From Peribolospora baueri (lineage: Eukaryota), in contig JAMDHS010000013.1 of NCBI GenBank assembly GCA_029717555.1, positions 1-64,000 on the forward strand: DNA of 64,000 nucleotides, in the 5' to 3' direction. The translations under genes were made by a program, and so were the position numbers. Positions 51,829 to 63,020 of the stretch are shown piece after piece (within the stretch, counting starts at the first letter, position 1; each line of letters opens with the position of its first letter). The notes below the pieces were generated by a model that saw only the letters and a list, made by a program, of their open reading frames with translations, was not told the origin of the DNA and did no database searches.

Positions 51829-52832
51829 ATGTCCCCTTCCTCCGCCTCTGCGGCTCGCCTCATCGCCAGGCGCGCCACAGCAGCACACCCGTCTTCACCG
51901 CCACCGTCACCTCGACCCACGATCTGTCCTTCTTGCGCACATATGCTCTCCTCTCGTCCGTTTTCCTCTCTCTCCGTCGCCCCATACTTCTCATCACTTC
52001 CTACGTACACTTCCTATTCCTCCCGTCTTCGTCCCGGTTCTACCAATCCCGCTCGTCCTAGATCGAACGCGCACGTGCGCTTCTTCTCGCCGACCACGTC
52101 CGCATGGCGTCCACCAGTTGCGGTGACGGAGGCGACGTCAGGAAGGACCGCGGCGGAAAAGGGAGAAGCGGCCGTAGTAGAACCAGTGAAGGAGACCAGC
52201 TCGACGACCATGGCGAAGGGCAGGCGGCCGCTAAAGGCGAAGAAGGCGGCAATTCATTTGGTGGGTGTATTGCGTTCTTCCCTTCTTTTTTTATCGCAGC
52301 ACGGAACTGATCCATCTCGTCCTTCCGCCCACGTTGGCCCAATACTTTATTCTCTCCCTCATTTTCCCCTTGCCACCCATCATCATTCCTTCTGATATCA
52401 AAGACCCCGGCGGCAGTCTCCCGTCTCCGCAATCTTCTAACCTCCGACCCAAACAACCCGAAACTGATCCGCATAGGCGTGCGCAACAAAGGCTGCGCGG
52501 GAATGTCGTACCACCTCGACTACGTCTCTCCCTCCGAGAAGGGCAAGTTTGACGAAATGGTGGAACAGGACGGTGTGCAAGTGCTTGTAGACTCAAAGGC
52601 GCTGTTCAGCATAATCGGTAGCGAGATGGATTGGGTAGAGGACCGATTGAGGTGAGTGGCGCTTCTTCAAGTCGCTCGTCATTTCCTCAGCGTCTTTGCG
52701 TTGGAAGTGCGACCAAGATCTGACCGTTTTCATTTTCCCCGCACGCGTAAATGTCATCGCAGCGCCAAATTCGCCTTTCGCAATCCGAACATCACTGAAC
52801 AGTGCGGTTGCGGCGAGTCTTTCCTAGTTTGA
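51829..52832 (+). CDS. ISA1: Iron-sulfur cluster assembly A-type carrier Isa1 with mitochondrial presequence
   Basis: KKAAIHL|TPAAVSRLRNLL, GVRNKGCAGMSYHLDY, FSIIGSEMDW, NPNITEQCGCGESF. Confidence 0.95.
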
Positions 52833-53628
52833 CGGCGACGCCAAATGCGTGTCGTCGTTCTTGCTACTCGCTTTTTTTCAAAGCAGCGAAGTGGACAGCG
52901 AACGCGGGATCACACACTGGGCGACACGGAACAAGACATTCGCGCATACATACCGCGACGGGTTCATCGCCTTTCTCAACGGTGTGCACTTATCCTAAGA
53001 GCCAATCCGGACGATGTACTTTATACAGCCCATGCGATATCAAATCCCCTAGCCTCTGTGGAGGCCGCCCAGACAGCCATGGAGATAGCCTCATTTTCCG
53101 ACCGCAAAGAGTCTGAGCAGGATGTGGCAAAAGGTCTTCGGTCACTCGCCGCACTTGGCCCAGCTCTTGCCTGTCCGTAAACTCGAAGGGCCGTGCGCCA
53201 ATTTCGCCGAGCCGCGTCCCTATTCTTTCTCATCATAGGGTACATGCACCCGAGATCGGGAGGCGTTCTAAGGACATGCGAACGATAGGTAGAAGGACGA
53301 ACAGAAACGATTGAACGGTGGTGGTGGCTTGCTTGGGGAACGCTCAGATCGGCGACTTGTTTTTTTTATAGAGTACAAGAAGTGGAACCGAATGGCAAGC
53401 GACGTTACAGAAGAGGAAGATGGGGAGGTGGAGGGAGGAGGGGGAAGAAGGGGGGGGGCGCGAAGACGAAGACGAGAGGGGGGGTACGTCGATCCCCTTC
53501 CAAGCGAACTCCGTCCTAAGAGAAACTTTGATAAACCACAAACGAAAGGGCGGGAGGAATGGGGAGTTCTTGATGCTTTCTATCGCTGCATCTAGCTCAC
53601 CGATCCATCAACGCACGTCCGTCGTACG

Positions 53629-56600
53629 TCAAGGCGAAGAGGAAGGAGAAGAAGATGTGAACGCCGCTTCCGCCTGCGCCTGCGCATGCGCCTGCTCCTG
53701 CTCTTGCTCCTGCTCTTGCTCCTGCTCTTGCTCCTGCTCCTGCTCCTGAGCCTGCGTCTGCTCCTGCTCCTGCGCCTCCGACTCGCCCTCATTCGTACCC
53801 CGAGCCTCGGCCATCCCAATGCCTTCCGAAGGCGGCGGCGTATAAGGCTTCCAAACGACCGGCTCCCCGCCTCGCTCGTCCATCGCCTTCTGCTCCGCCG
53901 CGCCCAGTCTGGCCAGCTCTCGAAGTCTCATGATGGACCGAGTGGGAAGGCGGTATTTGAAAGGGTCGTCGTTCTCCTCGTCTGTTCCGAGGAGCGTCAA
54001 CTTGGCACCCTCCGCCTTGGCCGCGTCGCCTCCCGCAGCCGCAGCCGCAGCCGCAGCCGCGTCGACGGACGGCGGCGCGGGCATGTTGGAAAGCTCGCTC
54101 TCGATCATGAGCGTGCGCTTGCGTATGGCGTCAAAATTGGGAACGACGAGCGTGGACAGCCGAGTCTGCCGCTGTCTCAGGTCGGCGAGGTTCGCGCGGA
54201 TCTGGGCCTCGGTCAGGTCCGGCCTGAGGGAGATGCCGTATTCGACCTCCCCTGCGGACGGAAGGGAGCGCGGGCGAAAAAAAAGAGCGCGGAAGGGCAG
54301 AACACATATTAAGTCTTCGAGGATGGAAAGGGCGAAGGAAGCGAGAAAAAGGCGGCTCCGACTCACAGTGCACGGCCGGATTGGTTCCCATGGTCCGCTC
54401 CTTGGCCTCGCTCGCCCCGCTAGCGTGTCCGAACCCGTCGCCGCCGTCACCGCCGAACGCGGTCTCAAAGGTCATCGGCCCGGTCACATGCATCCCGTTC
54501 AAGTACCGGTCCACCGCCACCTCCATCTGGACGATCTTCCTTCCCTGTACGCTCGCTCCGCCTGCGGAGGAAGAGGATATAGCCTCCCCTTCGGAGCCCG
54601 ACTGGGTGGAGAGCGGCGGAGACTGCTGGTGCGCCTGCTGGTGCTCCTCTCCCTCCTCGTCCGGCTCTACAAACACCTGCATCGTATCGCTCATCATCGC
54701 GATATCCCTCGTCTCGAACGTGATTCTGAGGTGCCTGTCCGGGAAACAAGCCGTCGCCCGGTCGAGGATCACCTCGAGTAGGCCCAAGCTCAGTTTGAAC
54801 GCCTGGTCGCCCATCGCGGAGGAGCCGAAGACGCGTGAGTCCAGCTCGTCCTGTGAGACGTACTGGAAGCCGAAAATGCGCGCCGTGTTGTGATACGCGA
54901 CGAAGATGCCGTCCATGTGGCCAATGCGGACTTGGAAGCTGTGTGAGAGGAGGGGAGGATGGGGGAGGGCTCGCGTGAGCAACGTGCGCACGACTCCTTC
55001 TCGCCGCGCGCGCCCGCACGCTTCCGCCCAGCGGGGATCGAGCCCGACGAGCGACACTTACTTATACTTCAAGAAGGCGCTCCTGATCATGTCGTAATAC
55101 TCCCTCTCAAAGCTCTCGAACATGCCGTGCGCATAACGGATCTGGTACCCAGAGTTCTCCACGTAGTTGGCCCTGTCCATGCGGATCGCCACGGCGGCGC
55201 GCGTCTTGAGGTCGAAGGTGCCGCGGGGAAGACGCGGGTCGTAGCAGTCAAGCTGGGAGCGCATCAACAACTTGTCGGTCTGTGCGCGGAGGAAGAAGGG
55301 CGGACGGAAAGGGGTTAGGACGGGGGAATCAGGACGAAGGGAAGAAGGCAGACGCGAAGGAGAGGTGGCGACGAGACGCAACGCACCTTGCAGTAGTGAT
55401 ACGCCTCCCTCTGGTTCCTCTCCTCCTCGCCGATCCTCCAACTCTCGTTCTTGTGATACCGCGCAAAGTCATCGGGCGAGGCGGTGAGCATCTTCTCCAT
55501 CGACCTGCCCAGTTGGCTGAGCACGACGTTGTCATCCGTCGTGTCAAAAGACTTGTCGGCGTCGATCGCATAGTGTCCTGAGTGGTGGCGCAATTTGATC
55601 GACGCCGGCAGTCGGGCGCCCGCGCTGAAGGAACGGGACTACGGGGAAAGAAGACGGGAGCGGTCTCAGCGTTGCGATCGCTGCGTCGCGCGCCTCGGAA
55701 GAAGACGAACTGACCGAATTGGCAAAAACGCTGGACAGGACGCCTGTGTCCGTGTCTTTCCAGCCGCTCAGCAGGAAGTACACCTGGCTGAGGAGACCGG
55801 TCATGGAGCTCGTGCTCCCGACAAACTTGCGTCCGTGCTGCTTGGCGAGCTCAGCGAGCTCGGTATCGCGCGAGGAGGTGATGTAGGGTGGCAGCGCGTC
55901 GTAGTCGAAGAGGTTAACGTCGAGGATGGAGGAGAGGTAGGGGGTGAAGTTGTACACTTGCGAGCGCGGGTCGCGAAGCCAGTGAACGCCAGGACTGTAT
56001 ATAGCACCCAACACGATACGACGGGATGGATCAGCAAAGGGGTAAGCGGCCGAGTCTTTGTCGGGGGTTACGAATACGAACGGATGTGCACGGAGCGGGC
56101 CAAAGCTTGGACTCACTTGAACAGCACGCGATCAAGTCCGTGATGAAGCCGAGCCACTTTCATCTCCCTAAGCGGCGGGACTTTTTCTACGGACACGTCG
56201 TCGGCACTTAACTTGCCCCTGGTGTCCCACTGGAACCTTTGCGCGAGCAACTTTCGATAGGCGAGGGGGCTGTCGGGAGAGAACTCGTCCATCCCGGGCT
56301 GGGGGTACTCTTCGGAGTCGGGGGAGAGTGCGTCTTCCGTGGGTCCTGCATGCGCTTCCTCGTCGGCTAGGGAACAAGGCGTGGAGGACGGGCGCTTGAA
56401 GATGGGGATGTGAGGTGGGGGATGACGACGGGTGTCAGAAGGGCGTAGAAACGGAGAGCTTCCGCGCCTGGGGACGATGTTCTGATAGCGAGAAGGTCGT
56501 CCGGATGGAGTCTCTTCGGCCGGGGGGGCGAGGCCTTGAAGGCGGGAAGGGGAGGAACGGTGAGAGAAGCGTTGTGGTCAGCGGCGATTCCGGAGTGTGA

Positions 56601-57968
56601 TGTGCAACAGCGAATTCCTCCCTCTCTGACGCAAAGCCAGGGGAAAAGGTGACAAGAGGAAAGAGGGAAGGAGATGCAAGTTGCAAGGAGACGCAAAAGA
56701 CACTCACGATCCTCCCCCCAATTCTCTCGTCTGAGCGCACCACCGCCGTCCCTCTCCAAACCCGGTCCCCAATCCACGCGCACTTCCTTGCCCTTGCTCA
56801 TGCGAGAGGAGACGAAGGATCGGGGGAGGAAGTTGCCGACAGTGTCCTTCATACCGTCTTGCTCGCCGCGCTCGCTCACGGACCCCTGGCTCGCCTCCGC
56901 TTCGTACAATCGTCGTCCTTCGTTCGTACCGCTGTCGCCTGCACCACTGAGGCGCGTCTTCTTCGTCTTCTTCTGCTTGTCCGACGCAGACTTTGGCCGG
57001 AGTGCAGTACCATTGGCCTCCCTCGCCGCCCTCTCCTCCTTCAACTTCATCATGTCGTTGCGCATCCTCGCCGCGGAGCGCAACATGCTCTGCAGGCCGT
57101 CGTCGATGGCCTGGAGAGTGTGGTGGACGCCGTCGCCCTCCTGGGCGGCCATTTTCGAGCGCGGTCGAAGTTTGCCGGGCCTTTTGACCGAACCCTCGTC
57201 CATGCTGTGCTTTTCGGGTTGCCCAAAGTACCTCTTGGGCGGCGCATCCAGCTTCTTCTCCCTCTCCACGTCCCTCCTCTCCGCCAAGCGCTTCATCATC
57301 GCCGCCTTGCGTTGCGTCAAATTTCTTCGCGCTTCCTTGCTGCCGGGGACACCTTTGCCGGTGGGAGCCTGGTACGGTGTCGACCGGGTCGTACTGCGCA
57401 CCGGCACCGGTGGCGACGCCGACGTCTCAGCGACCGCGCTGGCGCCGGGTTCTCCAGTTTGAGGAGCAACACGGGAGGCGTGGAGCCACCGCTTCTTCCT
57501 TCGCAGCGTCGAGAAGGGCCCTAGCTTGGAGGAGCCGGGGGAGGCAGTGGCGAGCGGGGGAGGAGCGATGACGTCTTCGGCCTGACCTCCGATGCTCAGC
57601 TTGGAGGCTATAGATGGACGGCGTTTTTTCTTTTGGGGTGGCTTGGGCTTTGGGGCGTCCCCTGCCGTCGCTGGGGGGGGCGAAGAGGAGGAGGAAGGAG
57701 GGTCCACGCTTGCACCATTGGTCGAGGCGGGCCCAGCGGGAGGAGGGTCGGAGTCGGAGGCGCGGGGTGCGGGTTGATCGGAGAGAAGCCTTCTGGGAGC
57801 GAAAGGCGATCCTCGTCGGCCATAGACGTAGGCGCCGGACTTCGAGCAGGACGAGGTTGTGACGACGCTCGAAAACGCCCTGCCGGCGTTGGGCGAGGCG
57901 AGGTGGACGCCGGCGCGGACGACGGGTGGTGTGCGCAGGGCGAGCGACGCCGCGGAAAAGGGAGACAT
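53629..57968 (-). CDS. PET127: Mitochondrial RNA-processing exoribonuclease Pet127, multi-exon, with a C-terminal QE repeat
   Basis: VARLHHGLDRVLFN|PGVHWLRDPRSQVYNF, YITSSRD, SSMTGLLS, MRSQLDCYDPRLPRGTFDLKTRA, FEREYYDMIRSAFLKY, QVRIGHMDGIFVAYHNT. Confidence 0.93.
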
Positions 57969-58672
57969 GGCTCGCTTGGGCGAGGACGCGCGGAGACGGA
58001 GAGAGAAGAGAGCCGCCGCTGTTCGTTCGTCCTTCTGCGCTTTCTTTCTTCTCCTCCTCCAGTGTTGTCAGTCGTAGTGAAGCCGAACGATATCTTTACT
58101 TTCTGCTCACGTTGGCGCGTCGTTGGTGTTCGTCGTCGAGGTGCTGCGGTAGGAGCAAAGGCTGCGGCGACCCCGCCCCGTCTGTCCCGTCCCGCCGTGG
58201 CCGAAATCCACGGCGTGTCCAGCGCGAGTAGCGCATCCAGAAGCGTAACGGAAATCTCAACGTCGTTTTGACATTCTTGTTTTGGCATTTGAAGCGATCT
58301 CCCCTTTTTTTAAAATCTTGCCTTGACATTTTGAATATCTTTGAAAAGAAATTTGAGAATCTGCAGTCGACCCTGTCTGTTAGCATACGGGTCCATAGGC
58401 ATGCCTTCGCATAGTGCATAGCTATCTCCCTTTCCCGTTTGCTCCCCAGCCAAAAATTAACTAATCCCAGCCAAAACACTGGTCTATATGCAGACTGAAA
58501 TACCCGCATATTGCATAGCACTGACACCGGTCCCCGTCCTCACCAGTTCTGCCCACTCGGCATGCATAGTTAGGGTTGTGCATCCTCGTGGGTGCTTGTC
58601 CGCGTTTTCACCTCTCCGTCGTCCGTCCGCGTCTCACCCACTGCCGCCGTCTTTGCTCTCGCACTCAAAAGC

Positions 58673-59523
58673 ATGGCGCCTATTCGCACCAAGGACACCT
58701 CGTCGATCAATCGGGTGAATGTCGGAGAAGTCGCTCTTCAAGATGGATCTGCCGATGAAACGAAGAATCGCACTACGGCAACGTACGCTCAAAAGCTCGC
58801 CGTGTTAGACTTTCTTCGTGATGCCAAGCGCGGCGACGGCAAGCAGTCAAAGACGGCCCAGTACTTCTCTTCGCCTGCCTTCCTACAGGCCAATCCAGGC
58901 TTCCCTAAAGTGAGTGGATAACGCATTGCTGCAGCGATAAGCTTGCGGTGAGAGACTGACGATGCATTTCATTGTCTAGGTGACTCAATCGAGCATCTCA
59001 AGGTGGAGGAAGCAGCACGACACGATCAAGGTCAACGCCGATAATAGACAGCGTAAGCGCCAAGGCGTGCTAAAGCATCCGGAGCTAGAAGCGGCGCTCG
59101 TCTACGGGATAAACAACGGTCTTTCTCGAGGTGCCGTTTTCAGCGACGAGCTGATTAAGGCGCAAAGCTCGCAAGATATCCGAGATATTGGGCATCCCCG
59201 CCGAAGAGCAGCTCACCTGGGTCGATTCTTTCAAGAAGCGGCATCAGCTACGCTCCGACGTTCTTCGCGGTGAAGCAGGCTCGGTTGACCGCGAGACCGT
59301 GCGAGAGGAGGGCGACACTGAGGAGGGAGCGCCTGCTGACCCAGATGAGGTGATCTTGCTTCAAGAAGAACACCATAAATCGGAAAACATCGTACGCCAG
59401 CTGCGCTACATCGAGGAAGCAATTTTCATGAAGCCACGCACGGAGAAGTGGCTCAAAATGCAGCGGTATGTCACTGAACTCAGTCGCACTTTCAAAGAAC
59501 ATGCCAGCGAGCAGCGTAAATAA
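58673..59523 (+). pseudogene. CENP-B/pogo transposase remnant (two HTH domains, no DDE domain)
   Basis: TYAQKLAVLDF...VTQSSISRWRK (psq-type HTH), KHPELEAAL...ELIKAQ and WVDSFKKRHQLR..LRGEAGSVD (CENP-B HTH). Intron about 58910-58979, frameshift near 59165, catalytic core missing. Confidence 0.85.
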
Positions 59524-59728
59524 ACCGATCTTCGACAATCCTTTTCTGCACACGCTTCTTCTTGAACATGGTTATGACGAGTACCTTCTCTACAGTAAAG
59601 CTTGGAATTCATGTCTTGATGGACGCTATTTACTGTGGCAAGGACTGTGGCAACTATGCATAGATCACTCTGTATAGTCACCCTCTCGCACACTGCATAG
59701 CCCTCGGGCAAAAAAACTTGTATGCTTA

Positions 59729-62498
59729 CCAGTGTGCCGCCTGCGCGCGTGCGCGCAGGTGCCCCCCTTTTTTTTTTGCAGAGCTGGCAGGTCCGTGTAA
59801 GGTGTTGCTGATGATCAGCGCCGACATGGTCAAGGTAGAGACGCCTGCCAGCCTGCCAGTGTGCCGTCTGCGCTTGCGTGCGGAGCCGCTAAAGCAACTG
59901 CCGAAAGAAAAGGTTATAAAGATTGTAGGATCTATAGGATCTATACGCGCCGCCAGGCCCGGAGGGGTAAAACTATAGAATCTACCGGAACAGGAAAGTA
60001 TATAGGGTTATAAAGTGGTGAAACGCGCGGAGGACCTCTGGGTATACAATATTATTAGTGATTCGGTCCGTATTATCTGGGGAGTGGAGGAGGGAGACGC
60101 CATCCACATCAGTCGTCCTCGACAGTGCAACATACAGCTGGCCGTGGGTCAAGACGGGGCTTCGCAGGTCGACCGCAACGTGGCGCAACGACTGCCCCTG
60201 CGATTTGTTGATGGTCATAGCAAATGCTAATCGCAGGGGAAATTGGAGCCGCGTTAATTGGAAGAACAGCCACTCACTGGCGGAGAGCTTGCATCGGTAG
60301 ATTAGACGATACTGGCCGTCGAATTCGCCGCCGTTCAGGCGCACCTCGATGCAGTGGCGGGCGGTGCGTACGACCGTCATGCGCGCGCCATTGCAAGTCC
60401 CTGATTCGGATCCAGATTTCGTATCAGGATGACCGGCGCGCCGATGCGGAGCTCCAGATGGGCCCGCGAGGAATTCGGCGGTCAACTCCACTCGACCGGC
60501 CGCGTTCGAATTCAGGTCAGCCGAATCATGCGAGTCGAATGATAACATTAGCCCGTCCATATGCTGCAGCAGGTCCGCGTTCAGATCATCCACCTGGCGA
60601 TTGCTGGCGGTGAGGATTGCGCGTCCGTGGAAAAAATCAGGATGGAGATGGGCGTCGCGCAGCCGATCGGTCGGGTAGATTCGGCCAATGAAGTCGTGCA
60701 GAGGGTTCCTCTGGTAGATGGCCTCCGGGGCTGTGATGGACCCAATCAGATCCTCGTCATGTGACATGGTTGACAGCCACACGGCGAATTTGCGGCTGGG
60801 CGGGTCTCGATCCGCGGCCAATCGCATGTTGCGTCGCAGTATAAGTAGGTGCAGGTGCGGCCACACGTCAGCATACTGCACCGTGGCAGATACGATCACA
60901 GGACGGTCCCCGCGGGGCACCACCGGTAGGGTCTGCTGGAAATCGCCCCCGAGCACGATGGGGATGCCGCCGAATGGCATATCTCCGCCAGGGAGGTGCT
61001 CCCGAATATCTCGGAGGGTGCGGTCGACCGCGTTGAACACCAAGCGGGTGGACATGGGCGCCTCGTCCCAGATGATGAGATCAGCGCAGAGCAGCTCGCT
61101 CAGTTGGGAAGAGCGTCGAATGGAGCACGTCGATGATTCGGTGAGTTGAATCGGGATCTTGAATCGTTTGTGCGCCGTTCGGCCGCAGGGAGGAGCAGGG
61201 CCGCGATTCCACTCGAGGCCACGCACAGGACGATCTTGCCCTCGGAACGCAGCCGACTGCAGAGTGTGGTGTAGAGGAAGGTCTTCCTGGTTCCGCCAGG
61301 CCCATGGATAAAGAAGTGCGCATGGGCGGGGTCGTCATGCAGCTGCGTAACGATTCGATTGTACGCAGCGTGTTGTTCGTCGTTTAGAAGAGATTCCTGC
61401 CGAACAGTCAGCTCGCGCAGTGCGTCCCGGTCGAATTGGATATGGCAGGTCGTCGCAGAGATCGTCTTGAAACTGCTCCCAAAGCGCGGACGCATCCTGC
61501 AGGCTACCATGGATGACGGCTGACACTAACAGTCGACGCAGATTCCAGCCGGTCTGGAAGTCCTTAGCCTCAGTAAAGCAGAGCTCTCATTCGCTGGCGT
61601 CATCGACGATGCCCCGCGCACGACAGGCCTGTTCGAATGTGCCGTACAGCTGGCCGTCCACCGTTCGGAGGTCGTCGAATGAGCGCGGACTCTGGGCCAC
61701 AGTGAGCAGGCAGCACAGGTAGAAGAGGTCCCCCTGGAACGGGTTGATCTGCCACATGCGGCCGACCTGGATCTTTGAATTGGAGCGTGACTTCCAGGAT
61801 CGAGTGGATGGGTTCCAGGTAAACCGCAGCGGAAAGTCCTGGTACAGGCACGGTTGCGCATCCGGATGCTCCGCGTTGTACTCCAGGAAGCCCATTAGAG
61901 TGGAACGCTGGCGCTCAATCGCCGCCATGACGTCGTCGGTGGGCAGCAAGGAATCGAAGCTGACCGACAGCCGGTCCGGGAGATGGATGGACAGCTGCAT
62001 CACACTGGACCTCTCGGCGTGGATAGGGAATTCGAACAGCCGCCAGGCGGCTTCAGCGGCGCTATATCCTGTGGCGGAGAGCGAAGAGCAAATTGAAAAC
62101 GGCGTGTCTGTTGGCGCCAGGCTCCATCCACGCGGAGGGTGCCTTGTGTAGATCTCACCTCCTCTGCGTCCTTCGCCTTGCCCTTGCCCTTGCCTTCCAT
62201 GGCTCCGTCTTTCTCCTTGCCCGCCTTGCGCGACTCGTCCGGTAGCGACGGCGACTGAGAATAAGCTACTGCCGACATGGTAAGAGGTTCGAACACCGGA
62301 CGCAACAGACCCGGGCGCGCTCGCTCGACCTATATAACAGTCCAGCTGGACCGGCCATGATTGTGACGCCGTGAGGCCAGCATGTCCTATCGCCACAGAC
62401 GCGCGCGCGCGGAGGGAGGGTAGTAACACTTCGGGCCGAAATTCCCACGAAAACGATCCGAACTTAATTTTTCCAACGAACATCTTGTATATATCAGA
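59729..62498 (-). mobile_element. Internally deleted (non-autonomous) Helitron, 2,770 bp
   Basis: On the minus strand the 5' end is TC(TGATATATAC) at 62498 and the 3' end is CTGG (CTRR) at 59732-59729. GC hairpin cctgcgcgc-gt-gcgcgcagg at 59740-59759. Inserted between A and T with no TSD. Confidence 0.9.
59982..62068 (-). pseudogene. Helitron RepHel remnant: post-Rep region plus PIF1-family helicase, with stop and frameshifts
   Basis: YSAAEAAWRLFEFPIH, SFDDLRTVDG...TFEQACRARG, mutated Walker A GPGGTRKT, VASSGIAALLL, GRTAH, IIWDEAPM, GGDFQQTLPV, QFPLRLAFAMTINKSQGQSL, HGQLYVALSR. No HUH/Y2 core is seen. Confidence 0.92.
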
Positions 62499-63020
62499 TA
62501 GACAGGGTTGACTGTACATTGTTCTTCCAGAGCTGGCTGGTCCGAGTAGCGCCTAGCCTGTCCTTCCCGACGCGGCCCCGCACCCTCCTCGCTCGCTCGT
62601 TTGGGAAGGAAGGGCATCTTGCGAGCGGCGAAGGTGGGCTGACCGGCGAGGGAGAAGCCGGGAGTGTCGCAATCACGAGGCAAGCGCCGGGCGGGGATAG
62701 CCGGGTGGCAGAGTGCGAGGGCGGAAAAGAGCCCCGCCCCGGCCCCATGGGGGGCGCATCGCCGCATAACGCCGCTTGCGCCCGCCGGCCGGACAAAACG
62801 CTCGTCTTGGATTGGCTGGATGGCTGCGGCAAGCTGGCGAGGGCGAGGGAGAGAGGCCGGCCGGCAAGCGCCGAGATCGGAGAGAGCGGGATCGAGTTTT
62901 CACCGGCGGCGGTCATCATCATCAACCACGACGGTCACCACCACCCCGTCTTTCGTCTCTCTCTTCCTCCTACCCTCCTCTGCGCTCAGCCTTCCCACTC
63001 CTCATCGCATACCCCCCATC

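Larger units (their letters stand above)
58364..62514 (+). mobile_element. Decayed pogo/Tigger-type (Tc1-mariner superfamily) DNA transposon with 25-bp TIRs; right TIR interrupted by a Helitron
   Basis: Left TIR 58364-58388 is cagtcgaccctgtctgttagcatac. The right TIR (59720-59728 + 62499-62514) reverse-complements to cagtcaaccctgtctataagcatac, 22/25 identical. TA follows the right end; the left flank is TG. Confidence 0.85.

Noticed and set aside
52845..53245. Coding-looking stretch between ISA1 and PET127
   Set aside because: Short, with no recognisable motif or clear gene structure on either strand.
59982..61510. Host PIF1/RRM3 helicase gene
   Set aside because: Frameshifts, a broken Walker A motif, adjacent RepHel motifs and Helitron termini show it belongs to a transposon.
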